Of a stretch of DNA of 48,019 bases, positions 1-10,452 are shown piece after piece. Positions within the stretch are counted from its first letter, which is position 1. Each line of letters begins with the position of its first letter. Source of the stretch: Actinomycetota bacterium (GTDB lineage: Bacteria > Actinomycetota > CADDZG01 > WHSQ01); contig JACCZU010000186.1 in NCBI GenBank assembly GCA_013695835.1, positions 1 to 48,019 of the forward strand. The letters are read 5' to 3'. The notes under the pieces are model-generated. The model was not told the DNA's origin. It saw nothing but the letters and a program-made list of their open reading frames with translations, and searched no databases. The translations under genes were made by a program, and so were the position numbers.

Positions 1-693
1 TTCATCAAGGACGAGCGCGACCTCCTGCTCGAGGCGACCAGGCTGCCCGCCGTGACCACCGATTTCGACGGCCGGCACGTGCTTGTTGTCGTGCGCGGCT
101 ACGACTACAAGGAGGACCTGAGGGCGCTGCGCGCCTATATCCGGGAGCTGCGGCCGCTCCTCGTCGGAGTTGACGGCGGCGCCGACGCCCTCGTCGATTT
201 CGGCTACAAACCCGATCTCATCATCGGCGACATGGACTCGGTCACGACCGAGACGCTGTTGTCGGGAGCCGAGCTCGTGGTCCACGCCTATCAGGGCGGG
301 GTCGCGCCTGGCTACGAAAGACTCGAAACCATGGGCCTTGAGTGCACGAAGTTCGAGTCGGCGGGGACCTCAGAAGACATCGCCATGTTGCTTGCTTACG
401 AGCGCGGCGCCGAGCTGATCGTGGCGGTCGGGACCCACACCAACCTCATCGAGTTCATGGACAAGGGCAGAAAGGGAGGGGCGTCGACGTTCCTGGTTCG
501 ACTGCGCGTTGGATCCATCCTCGTCGACGCAAAGGGTGTGAGCCGTCTCTATCGCGGACGCGTTCGGCGCGGAGACATCCTGCTGCTGCTTGCGGCTGCG
601 CTCGTGACCATGGTGATAGTCATCGCACTGTCTGAGACGTTGCGGCTCGAGCTTGCCCTGTGGTGGATCCGAATCCAGAACGCAATCTCGTGA
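1..693 (+). CDS. steA: SteA-like cell-division/separation protein, 5' end cut by the window edge
   Basis: Frame 1 is open from base 1 (FIKDERDLLLEATRLPAV) into ORF 52..693. GVDGGADALVDFGYKPDLIIGDMDS and a C-terminal TM helix are typical of actinobacterial SteA (Rv1697 family). The stop at 691-693 overlaps the next start (GTGA). Confidence 0.8.
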   Translation, partial: FIKDERDLLLEATRLPAVTTDFDGRHVLVVVRGYDYKEDLRALRAYIRELRPLLVGVDGGADALVDFGYKPDLIIGDMDSVTTETLLSGAELVVHAYQGGVAPGYERLETMGLECTKFESAGTSEDIAMLLAYERGAELIVAVGTHTNLIEFMDKGRKGGASTFLVRLRVGSILVDAKGVSRLYRGRVRRGDILLLLAAALVTMVIVIALSETLRLELALWWIRIQNAIS

Positions 694-1637
694 TCGATTT
701 CCGCTATCACCTCATCTCGCTGGTCGCAGTCTTTCTTGCACTCGGGATCGGCATCCTCCTCGGGTCGGCAACGCTGGGAGGGGAAAACGTCACGGGCCGG
801 CTCGAGACAAGCATCGAAAGCATCAGGACCACAAACGACGAGCTCAGGGCGGACAACGCCGAGTTGATCGACAGGCAGAGCCTCAGCGAGGAGGCCCTCC
901 AGGTGCTGGCTCCTACCGTGCTCGACGGGGCCCTCGCAGGAGAGCAGGTCGTGCTGTTCGAGTTCGAGGGGAGCGACGCTGGGCTCATGGAATCGGTGCG
1001 TGGGGCCGTGGAGGTCGCCGACGGCTCGATCGCTTCGACGGTGACGTTGACCGCGAAGCTTGCCCTTGAGGACCCTGAGGCGCGCACTGAGCTCGCCCGG
1101 ATATTGGGCTCGGCGTCCGTCGAGCCCGATGAGCTCCGCGCAGAGGTAGGCGCCACTCTCGGGCGCAGGGCGGCGACCTCTGCCGACACGCCCGGATTCA
1201 ACGTTCCGGATGGGAACCCGTCGAACCGTCTTCAGTTGTTCGTCGACGAGCTCGAGGCGGCAAACTTTGTGACCGTCGAGCGCGACGAAAATTTGGATCT
1301 TGCCCCCGCAGGGGCGCTGTTCGTGCTGGCAGGAGGCAACCTCGACGATCCGCTCTTCGACATCGGTCCGCTTACCACCTCGCTCGCCGTGGGACTGGCC
1401 GGCCGAGAAGCGGGAGTGCTCGCCGCTGAGCCACGCAACAGCCTGTGGGGCCCTGCCGCTGCTGTGCGCGCCGATGGTGAGGCCGGCGGCATCATCGCGA
1501 CGGTCGATCAGGCCGACATCGTCCTCGGTCAATACGCAGTGGCAATGGGGCTTCAGCTCGCCGAGAGCGGCGCGCCGGCGCACTACGGCTCGGAGGCCGA
1601 TACCGTGCCTCTTCCCGAGCCGAGCCCAAGCAGCTAG
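660..1637 (+). CDS. MctB (Rv1698)-family membrane protein; likely real start GTG 690
   Basis: The N-terminus VIDFRYHLISLVAVFLALGIGILLGS followed by a coiled-coil segment (NDELRADNAELIDRQ) and the C-terminal HYGSE resemble recalled M. tuberculosis MctB. GTG 690 gives the family-typical N-terminus and a GTGA overlap with steA. Confidence 0.78.
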   Translation: MVDPNPERNLVIDFRYHLISLVAVFLALGIGILLGSATLGGENVTGRLETSIESIRTTNDELRADNAELIDRQSLSEEALQVLAPTVLDGALAGEQVVLFEFEGSDAGLMESVRGAVEVADGSIASTVTLTAKLALEDPEARTELARILGSASVEPDELRAEVGATLGRRAATSADTPGFNVPDGNPSNRLQLFVDELEAANFVTVERDENLDLAPAGALFVLAGGNLDDPLFDIGPLTTSLAVGLAGREAGVLAAEPRNSLWGPAAAVRADGEAGGIIATVDQADIVLGQYAVAMGLQLAESGAPAHYGSEADTVPLPEPSPSS

Positions 1638-3253
1638 TGTCTCGGCCGGAGGCTGACGAACGCGCTTCGCTTGCGCGCGGAGCGGCGGCCATAACGCTAT
1701 TGACGGCGGTATCGAGGCTTACCGGCTTCGTGCGAGTCCTCGTCGTTGCGGCGGCCATGGGAACCACTTTCCTCGCCAACACCTATCAAACGGCCAACAC
1801 GGCGCCGAATGTGGTGTTCGAGCTCGTCGCTGCCGGGGTGCTCACATCCATTTTCGTGCCCACCTTCGTCGACTACCTCGTTGCCGGGCGCCGGGAGGAA
1901 GGGTGGGACGCGGCCAACGCACTTGCTTCGGTCGCCTTCGTCGCGTTGTGCATCCTCGCCCTTGTGCTCGGGCTTGCGGCGCCGCTGGCGATGCGCCTCT
2001 TCACAGTTGGGGTTGGGGATCCAGACCTGCGTGCACAAGAGATCGCGCTCGGCAGTACATTCCTGAGGTTGTTTGCGCCCCAGGTGATCTTCTACGGGGC
2101 CGGCATGGTGATGACGGGAGCGCTTCACGCACACAGAAGGTTCGTTCTGCCGGCCGTCGCGCCGATCGCAAACAACATCGTGGTGATCGGGGTCTACCTG
2201 ACCTATGCGGCGATGCGTTCTGGACGGCCTCCATCGGTGACGGGGGTGACCGGCGCTGAGGTGTTCGTCCTCGGCGCGGGTACGACGGCCGGCGTGGTCG
2301 CGCTCACCCTCGTGCTCGTGCCCGGGCTCAGATCGCTTGGTTGGCGCTTTCGCTTCAGCTTCGCCCCAACGCATCCGGCGGTTCGCAAGGGGGCGAGGGT
2401 CGGCGCGTGGGCGCTCGGATATGCGGGCGGCTACCAGGCCGGGCTGATAGTGGTGCTGATGCTCGCCAACGGTGTGAAGGGGGGAGTCGCCGCCTATCAA
2501 TGGGCCTACACGTTCTTCTACCTGCCGCACGCCCTGTTTGCCGCGCCCATCTTCCATGTGGTGTTCACAGCGATGTCGGAGCACGTCGCCAAGGGGGAGG
2601 AAGCCGCTTACCTGGCGCGGCTCCAGAGCGGCCTTGCAATGATGGTCTTCATCCTCGTCCCGACCGCCGCCTTCTTGCTCGTGGTGGCCGGCCCGCTTGC
2701 CACGGTGTCGCTCGAGTATGGGGTCATGACGGGAACCGGGGCGGCCCTGGTGGCGCGCGTGCTCGCCGCTTTCGCTGTGGGGCTGCCCGGCTACTCCGCT
2801 TTTCTAATTCTGACGCGCGCCTACTACGCGCTTGGGGATGCCAAGACCCCCGCTCTCGTCAACGCAGGAACCGTGGTGACGAGCAGCATCGTGGGAGCTG
2901 CGCTGTTCTTCGTGCTCGAGCCTCGATGGGCGGTGCCCGGGCTCGCAGCCGGTCATTCCGTTGCTTTTCTTGCCGGCGCTGCAATGCTTGCCGCGCTTCT
3001 GTCCCGGCGCGCGGGGCGCGTGCTCGGCCCCCAGCTCATCGGCGCGATGGGACGCTCGGTGGGCGTCGGAGGGGCCGCGCTTGCGGTCATGGCGCTTGCC
3101 GCCGCCGCCGCCCCAGACACGTCGAAGGCGGACGCTGTGATGACCCTCGCCCTCGCGGGAGGGGCGGGGGCGTGCGTCTACCTCGGGGGGATGAGGCTCC
3201 TGCGCTCGCCGGAGCTCGCCCGGGTCACGGCACTTGCTTTGGGTCGCAGGTGA
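1637..3253 (+). CDS. murJ: lipid II flippase MurJ (MviN, MOP superfamily)
   Basis: 538 aa and polytopic. The N-terminal LLTAVSRLTGFVRVLVVAAAMGTTFLANTYQTANTAPNVVFELVAAGVL is a typical MurJ signature. The GTG start shares base 1637 with the upstream TAG. Confidence 0.85.
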   Translation: MSRPEADERASLARGAAAITLLTAVSRLTGFVRVLVVAAAMGTTFLANTYQTANTAPNVVFELVAAGVLTSIFVPTFVDYLVAGRREEGWDAANALASVAFVALCILALVLGLAAPLAMRLFTVGVGDPDLRAQEIALGSTFLRLFAPQVIFYGAGMVMTGALHAHRRFVLPAVAPIANNIVVIGVYLTYAAMRSGRPPSVTGVTGAEVFVLGAGTTAGVVALTLVLVPGLRSLGWRFRFSFAPTHPAVRKGARVGAWALGYAGGYQAGLIVVLMLANGVKGGVAAYQWAYTFFYLPHALFAAPIFHVVFTAMSEHVAKGEEAAYLARLQSGLAMMVFILVPTAAFLLVVAGPLATVSLEYGVMTGTGAALVARVLAAFAVGLPGYSAFLILTRAYYALGDAKTPALVNAGTVVTSSIVGAALFFVLEPRWAVPGLAAGHSVAFLAGAAMLAALLSRRAGRVLGPQLIGAMGRSVGVGGAALAVMALAAAAAPDTSKADAVMTLALAGGAGACVYLGGMRLLRSPELARVTALALGRR

Positions 3254-4362
3254 GCACCCTGGGAGTGCTTCAGGTTCTCGGGCGCTCGGCCGGTGGAGTA
3301 GCCCTTCATGTCGCGCGCATAGCGAGCGGGCTCGACGGCGTCGACGGCCTTGTCGTCGAGGTCGCGGGCCCGAGCGATGGCCCCGTGGCCATGCCCGTGC
3401 CGGTTAGGGAGGTGCTCATACCCAACGGCGCCGCGAGGGGACATCCGCGCGCAATCGCGCGGCTTCGCTCGATCATGGCGACCGGCGGCTATGCCCTCGT
3501 GCACGCCCACGGCCTGCGCGCCGGGATCGACAGCGCGCTCGCGGCCAGAAGCGTCGCCCGTCCTCCCGAGGTCGTCGTGACCATTCACAACCTCATGCAC
3601 TCCGGCGTCCTCGGTGACGCGCGGGCATCGGTATACCGGCGTGCCGAGTGGCTCGCCGTGATGTTGAGCGCGCACGCATTCGCTCCGTCTGAGCAGATTG
3701 CAGATCATCTCAAGGCCACGATCCCGCGCGCCGCAGACAGGATCGAGGTGCTGCATCTCGGCGTTGGGTCCCCGGACCCGGCGCGGCCGGCGGCTGAGGT
3801 CAGGCGCGAGCTCGGCGTCCTCCCTGGGGGCCGACTGGTCGTGACCGCAGCGCGCCTTGCACCGCAGAAGGCGCTTGAGGTCATGCTCGAGGCGGTGGCC
3901 AGGCTGCCCGGCGACGTCGTCCTTGCCATCGCCGGCGAAGGGCCACAGGAGGCCGAGCTGCGCGCCCTGGCGGCCGATCTGGGCGTAGCAGACCGAGTCG
4001 TCTTCCTCGGATGGACCGATGATGTCGCCGGCTATGTCGCTGCCGCTGATGTCTTTTGTCTCTCTTCGCACTGGGAGGCCGTCGCGCTCGCAGCCCAGGA
4101 GGCGGTCGCAGTCGGTACGCCGGTCGTGTCCACGGACGTTGGAGGTATGGGCGAGCTCATCACCGACCGGGAGTCGGGACGGCTCGTGCCGACGGGCGAC
4201 CCAGATGCGCTGGCTGAGGCCCTCGCCGAGGTGCTTGCGTCCGAGGCCACCGGGCGACGCTACGCTGCGGCCGCCCGCCTGCGGCTCGAAGCCGAGTTCT
4301 CAACCGAAGCCATGCTCGACCGCCTCGGGGGCTTCTACCTGGAGCGCCTGCATGCGCCCTAG
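3250..4362 (+). CDS. GT-B fold glycosyltransferase (GT4/Glycos_transf_1-like)
   Basis: This is the C-terminal 370 codons of ORF 2341..4362. GTG 3250 overlaps the murJ stop (GTGA). The C-terminal domain RLAPQKALEVML...LGWTDDV...SSHWEAVALAAQEAVAVGTPVVSTDVGGMGELI matches the retaining GT-B pattern. Confidence 0.75.
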   Translation: MSTLGVLQVLGRSAGGVALHVARIASGLDGVDGLVVEVAGPSDGPVAMPVPVREVLIPNGAARGHPRAIARLRSIMATGGYALVHAHGLRAGIDSALAARSVARPPEVVVTIHNLMHSGVLGDARASVYRRAEWLAVMLSAHAFAPSEQIADHLKATIPRAADRIEVLHLGVGSPDPARPAAEVRRELGVLPGGRLVVTAARLAPQKALEVMLEAVARLPGDVVLAIAGEGPQEAELRALAADLGVADRVVFLGWTDDVAGYVAAADVFCLSSHWEAVALAAQEAVAVGTPVVSTDVGGMGELITDRESGRLVPTGDPDALAEALAEVLASEATGRRYAAAARLRLEAEFSTEAMLDRLGGFYLERLHAP

Positions 4363-6595
4363 ACGCCGGCTGGTCGCCGGGGGCGTGATCGCGATCGCAA
4401 TCTTCGGAACGGCTGGGAGCGCGGCGCCGGCCCCCGGGGCCGCAGAACAAACGGCGCCGGCCCCCGAGAGGCCAAGCGCCGGCGCCGGGTGCAGGCGCGC
4501 GGTCGTGTTCACGCTGCCCGGCGTCACCTGGGCCGACGTGGCGGCTACGAGGCCCCCGGCGCTGCTCGAGGCGGTGAGCGAGGGGGCGGCGGCATCGATG
4601 TCGGTGAGGACCATCGCTTCGAGGACGTCTTATTCCTCGGGTTATTCAACTCTCGGAGGGGGCAGCCGGATCGACGGAGGCTTCGTCTCAGGGGCCCCTG
4701 CGGAGCCTGGGACGCCGGGCGGGGTCTTCAGGCGCGCTGTGGCCGCCGCCGGGCTCGCCGAGCTTACCGAGCGCGCCAACGACGCCGGCTACAACGCCAG
4801 ACCGGGCGCGCTTGCCTCTGCCATGGGATCCCGCCCCCTTATCGCAGTGGGCAACGCAGATCCCGGTATGCCCGCCCCGACGCCGGGGCAGCTCGGACGC
4901 TGGGTGCTCTACGCGGCGATGAACACGGACGGCATCGTCGAGTTGGCGGCGTCTGAGCCTGATCTGTTGGAGCGGGACCGTTCCGCCCCCTTCGGAGTTC
5001 GCACCGACGCCGGCGCCATCACTGCCGCCGTCGACCGCGCCCTCGAGGTCCCCTGTGCGTCGGTGATCGTCGACCCCGGCGATTTGACGAGGGTCGATCG
5101 GTACGCCCGCGCCCTCGGCCGCGCCCTGCCCGGCGACAGGCGACGGGCCCTCGAGGACGCCGACGAGCTCCTCGGCCACATCCGGGCCGCGCTCGACCCA
5201 CAGCGTGATCTCTTGCTGATCACCTCACCGACCTCTCCCGCGTGGGCGCCGCAGGCGCATCTTGGCGTTGCCGTTGCAGCCGGGCCAGGCTTCGCCAGCG
5301 GGACGACGCTTGAGTCCGCCTCGACGAGGCGACGGGGTGTTGTGACTCTTCCCGACGTTGCGCCGACGGTGCTCGAGCACCTCGGGCTTGGCCGCCCCCC
5401 TTCGATGACGGGGCGTCCGTGGGTCGACGCTTCAGCCGGGGGCGTCGACAGGATCTCGTCGGCGATCGCTTTCGATAAGGAATCTGTGTTCGTCGGAGCG
5501 ATCCAGGCGAGCGTCTCGACCGCTTACGTGATCTTCCAGGTGGTGATCAACCTCGCCACCATCGCCCTGCTTGCCTGGCGCGAGAGAGGCGGTGCTCACG
5601 CCGCAGGCGGGTTTCTAGAGACCGCGCTAGAGCTGGCCGCTCTTGCCGTTGTCGCGTTCTTTCCCGCCACCTACCTGCTCGGAATCGTCGACGGACATGC
5701 GCTGGGTGCAGTCGGGTTCTGGCTTGCGCTTCTCGGCCTGGACGCCGCCCTCGTTGCAATGAGCGCGCTCTCCCTTAAAGCGCCGCTCGACCGGCTGCTT
5801 GCGCTCACCGCGCTTACGACGATCGTCATCTCGGGCGACCTGTTCGTTGGGGCCGGCCTTCAGTTGAACACTGTGTTCGGCTACTCGCCCATAGTCGCAG
5901 GACGCTTCGCCGGGCTTGGCAACACCGGCTTCGCCGCCCTCGGGGCGGCGGCGGTTGCGACCGGAGCGCTCGTTGTCCACAGGTTCAACGGCAGCGGCCC
6001 GGCTCTCGCTGCGGTCGCAGCCCTGTTCGCTTACGTCGTCATCGTGGACGGCGCACCTCAGCTCGGCAGCGACGTTGGAGGGGTGATAGCCCTCGTCCCC
6101 GGACTGGTTGTGACGTGGGTGTTGCTTGCAGGGCGACGCCCGAGCCTCTTGCTGATCGCTGCAAGCGCTCTCGGAGCGGTGCTGTTTTTGGGTGCCTTTC
6201 TGGCGCTCGATCTCGCCAGGCCGCCGGAGGCTCAGACGCACCTGGCGCGGCTCTTCGAAGATGTGCGCGACAGGGGGGGCGCGGTTCTCGTCGATACGGT
6301 CCTTCGCAAGGCCGAGTCGAACCTCAGGGTCTTTCGCACCACGATCTGGACCTACTTCGTGCCCCCTGGGTTGGCGGCGCTTGGATGGCTGCTCGCCCGC
6401 CCTCGAGGGCGATGGGCGCGCTTCGCGCACGCCTTTCCAAAGCTGAGAGCGGGGCTCGTCGGGGGGCTCGTGTTGGCGCTGCTTGGTTTCGCTCTCAATG
6501 ATTCCGGCATCGTGATCCCCGCCGTGATCCTGTCTTTCCTCATCCCTCTTGCCGTCATGGTGCATCTTGCACTCGAGCGCGAGGAAACGGCGTGA
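4352..6595 (+). CDS. large membrane protein: signal anchor, about 430-aa exported domain (alkaline-phosphatase-superfamily-like), then a C-terminal multi-TM block
   Basis: ATG 4352 (MRPRRRLVAGGVIAIAIFG) lies within ORF 4019..6595 and overlaps the GT stop by 11 nt. AP-like strings are VVFTLPGVTWADV, SRTSYSSGYSTLGGG and VTLPDVAPTVLEHLGLGRPPSMTG. The C-terminal half consists of hydrophobic helices. Confidence 0.6.
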   Translation: MRPRRRLVAGGVIAIAIFGTAGSAAPAPGAAEQTAPAPERPSAGAGCRRAVVFTLPGVTWADVAATRPPALLEAVSEGAAASMSVRTIASRTSYSSGYSTLGGGSRIDGGFVSGAPAEPGTPGGVFRRAVAAAGLAELTERANDAGYNARPGALASAMGSRPLIAVGNADPGMPAPTPGQLGRWVLYAAMNTDGIVELAASEPDLLERDRSAPFGVRTDAGAITAAVDRALEVPCASVIVDPGDLTRVDRYARALGRALPGDRRRALEDADELLGHIRAALDPQRDLLLITSPTSPAWAPQAHLGVAVAAGPGFASGTTLESASTRRRGVVTLPDVAPTVLEHLGLGRPPSMTGRPWVDASAGGVDRISSAIAFDKESVFVGAIQASVSTAYVIFQVVINLATIALLAWRERGGAHAAGGFLETALELAALAVVAFFPATYLLGIVDGHALGAVGFWLALLGLDAALVAMSALSLKAPLDRLLALTALTTIVISGDLFVGAGLQLNTVFGYSPIVAGRFAGLGNTGFAALGAAAVATGALVVHRFNGSGPALAAVAALFAYVVIVDGAPQLGSDVGGVIALVPGLVVTWVLLAGRRPSLLLIAASALGAVLFLGAFLALDLARPPEAQTHLARLFEDVRDRGGAVLVDTVLRKAESNLRVFRTTIWTYFVPPGLAALGWLLARPRGRWARFAHAFPKLRAGLVGGLVLALLGFALNDSGIVIPAVILSFLIPLAVMVHLALEREETA

Positions 6596-7443
6596 CCGTC
6601 GAGGTGGCGATGACCATGCTTGCGGCGGGCCTCGTCGGGTTCGGGGTTGCCGGGCCACTCGCGCGCCTTCGGCTAAGGGCACCGCCGCGCTGGTCGGTGC
6701 GGACCAACGTGCGCGGCGTCAAGGTTCCTGCGGTGCTCGGGGGGCCCGTTGTAACCGGCGCCCTCGTTGCGCTTGCAGGCACGGCTTTCGCAGGCGCGCT
6801 TGGCTGGGGACCGGCTCGAACCGGGGGCGCCGGCCCGGCAGTAGCACTCGTGCTCGTGGTCATGTTCCTCGCCGGGTCGTGGGACGACCGGCGCGGCGAC
6901 GAGCGCGAGCGCGGCTTCGGGGGCCATCTCAAGGCGGCGCGCGGGGGCCGGGTAACGGGTGGTGTGGTCAAGCTCGGGGCCGGCGCCGTCTGCGGCCTCG
7001 GCGCGGGGGCGCTCGTTACGGAAGGGGGCGACGGGTGGTGGCCGGCGCTTGCTTCGGGTGCGATCGTCGCACTCGCCGCCAACCTCGTGAACCTCACCGA
7101 CCGAGCGCCGGGGCGAGCCGGGAAAGTGACCCTCGTAGCGGGGGCCGCGCTGATGGTGTGGGGCGGGGCGGCGTGGGCTGTGACGGCCTCAGGGGCCTTC
7201 GGCGCGTTGATTGCCTGCCTGGCCCTCGATCTCACTGAGAAGGGGATGCTTGGTGACGCCGGCGCCAATCCGCTCGGGGCGTTGCTCGGGGTCGGCCTCG
7301 CCGGCTCCGTCCAGGGCGGAAGTGCGGCCATCGCCGTCGTCCTGCTTGCCGTCGTGAACCTCGCCTCGGAGAGGTGGTCGTTCTCGGAGGCCATCGAGAA
7401 GAGCCCCCTCCTGAGGGCCGTTGATCGATTCGGCCGCAAATGA
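6592..7443 (+). CDS. MraY/WecA-like (glycosyltransferase family 4) polytopic membrane protein with degenerate motifs
   Basis: 283 aa and very hydrophobic. WDDRRGDE and ANLVNLTDRAPGRAG resemble the DD and NxxNxxDGxDG motifs of polyprenyl-phosphate sugar-phosphate transferases. There is a GTGA overlap with the upstream gene. Confidence 0.5.
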   Translation: MTVEVAMTMLAAGLVGFGVAGPLARLRLRAPPRWSVRTNVRGVKVPAVLGGPVVTGALVALAGTAFAGALGWGPARTGGAGPAVALVLVVMFLAGSWDDRRGDERERGFGGHLKAARGGRVTGGVVKLGAGAVCGLGAGALVTEGGDGWWPALASGAIVALAANLVNLTDRAPGRAGKVTLVAGAALMVWGGAAWAVTASGAFGALIACLALDLTEKGMLGDAGANPLGALLGVGLAGSVQGGSAAIAVVLLAVVNLASERWSFSEAIEKSPLLRAVDRFGRK

Positions 7444-7634
7444 CCGGCGCCCCATGCCCACCGGGGTATCGTGGCGTGACATCCACGAGCGGCCGTGAGA
7501 GGTGCTTGCCCGGATGCCCGCCTGGGGCACCGGCATGGGGGTTGCAGGAGTTGCCCATGGTTGTCCGTCTCGCAGGCCTGGACGTCGCAAACTGTTCGAG
7601 GGCAGCCGGCGGGTTGTGGCGTATGCCCGTGTAG

Positions 7635-9296
<1,662 letters not shown>

Positions 9297-9339
9297 GGTT
9301 GGCTTCGCGCAAGCAGGCCGAAAGGGGCGGTGACAAAAA

Positions 9340-10452
9340 GTGATTGTTGGCGTTCCGCGAGAGCTCAAGGACAACGAGTACCGTGTAGCGATCACCCCGT
9401 CTGGCGTCCGTGAGCTTGTGGTTGCGGAACATTCCGTGCTCATCGAGACTGAGGCCGGGGTGGGTTCAAGCATCACCGACGCTGGGTTCGAGCGCGCCGG
9501 CGCCTCCATTGTCCCCGATGCCGACACCGTCTTTGGTGAAGCGGACATGGTCTTGAAGGTCAAGGAGCCGGTCAAGGAAGAGTGGCACCGGCTGCGCGAG
9601 GGACTGGTCCTGTTCACCTACCTTCACCTCGCCGCAAGTAAAGAGGTAACAGGCGCACTCGTTGACTCCGGAATCACGGCCGTGGCATACGAGACGGTCG
9701 AGCTTCCCGACGGATCGCTCCCGCTGCTTGCCCCCATGAGCGAGGTCGCAGGCCGCATGGCACCGCATGTCGGCGCCAACTACCTCGAGCGAGAGCGCGG
9801 AGGCCGCGGCGTTCTGCTCGGCGGGGTATCAGGGGTCCGCCCTGCGCGCGTTGTGGTCATAGGCGCGGGGATGGCGGGGGCGAACGCAGCTTGGATAGCC
9901 CAGGGCATGGAGGCCGAGGTGCTCGCGCTCGACACCAACATCGACAAGTTGCGGGCCATCGACCAGATCCACCAGGGAAGGATCCTCACCCTGTCCTCGA
10001 ACCGGCTTTCGGTCGAAGAGGCGGTCACGTCGGCGGACCTGGTCATCGGCGCTGTGCTCGTTCCGGGTGCCTTGGCGCCACGAGTCGTCACCAAGGAGAT
10101 GGTGTCGGGTATGCAGCCCGGCGCGGTTGTCGTCGACATCGCCATCGATCAGGGCGGCTGCTTCGAAACATCGAGCATGACGACACATTCGGATCCCACT
10201 TTCGTCGTCGACGATGTCGTGCACTACTGCGTCGGAAACATGCCGGGCGCGGTGCCGCACACGTCGACCTACGCACTCTCGAACCAGACCTTGCCTTACG
10301 TTGTCGCACTCGCCGAACGTGGGGTCCAGGACGCGGTTAGACAAGACCTCGCTCTGGCAAAAGGCGTCAATGTGTACAAGGGGTCTTTGGTTAATGGTCC
10401 CGTTGCTGAGGCCCATGGGCTCGACTGCGTCGATCTCGCCGACGTCATCTGA
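9340..10452 (+). CDS. ald: alanine dehydrogenase
   Basis: MIVGVPRELKDNEYRVAITPSGV, PLLAPMSEVAGR, VVVIGAGMAG and VDIAIDQGGCFE align along the full length with recalled Ald sequences. Confidence 0.95.
   Translation: MIVGVPRELKDNEYRVAITPSGVRELVVAEHSVLIETEAGVGSSITDAGFERAGASIVPDADTVFGEADMVLKVKEPVKEEWHRLREGLVLFTYLHLAASKEVTGALVDSGITAVAYETVELPDGSLPLLAPMSEVAGRMAPHVGANYLERERGGRGVLLGGVSGVRPARVVVIGAGMAGANAAWIAQGMEAEVLALDTNIDKLRAIDQIHQGRILTLSSNRLSVEEAVTSADLVIGAVLVPGALAPRVVTKEMVSGMQPGAVVVDIAIDQGGCFETSSMTTHSDPTFVVDDVVHYCVGNMPGAVPHTSTYALSNQTLPYVVALAERGVQDAVRQDLALAKGVNVYKGSLVNGPVAEAHGLDCVDLADVI

Noticed and set aside
549-1583. 344-aa ORF antisense to the steA end and the mctB-like gene. The same applies to antisense ORFs at 1697..2584, 3178..4071, 5627..6682 and 6555..7439.
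   Set aside because: Their translations are Arg/Gly/Pro-rich and non-protein-like. They lie opposite genes with clear family motifs. Long antisense ORFs are expected in high-GC DNA because stop codons are rare.
2341-3249. Long 5' extensions of listed ORFs. They are 2341-3249 (GT), 4019-4351 (membrane protein), 10214-10414 (xerD), 12565-12792 (parA), 23000-23197 (pgsA, which would run across tRNA-Pro), 31424-31537 (gcvPB), 42908-42970 (kal) and 45276-45323 (kamD).
   Set aside because: The extensions overlap the preceding gene or the tRNA and translate to low-complexity Arg/Pro/Gly sequence. Internal starts give family-typical N-termini and GTGA/ATGA coupling or a Shine-Dalgarno sequence.
7518-7529. 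CCGCCTGGGGCA in the pyrG leader resembling the 3' half (CCGCCUGGGCA) of the ZTP/pfl riboswitch.
   Set aside because: The 5' half (GACUGGCG-type motif) is absent, there is an extra G, and the gene context (pyrG) does not fit ZTP regulons.
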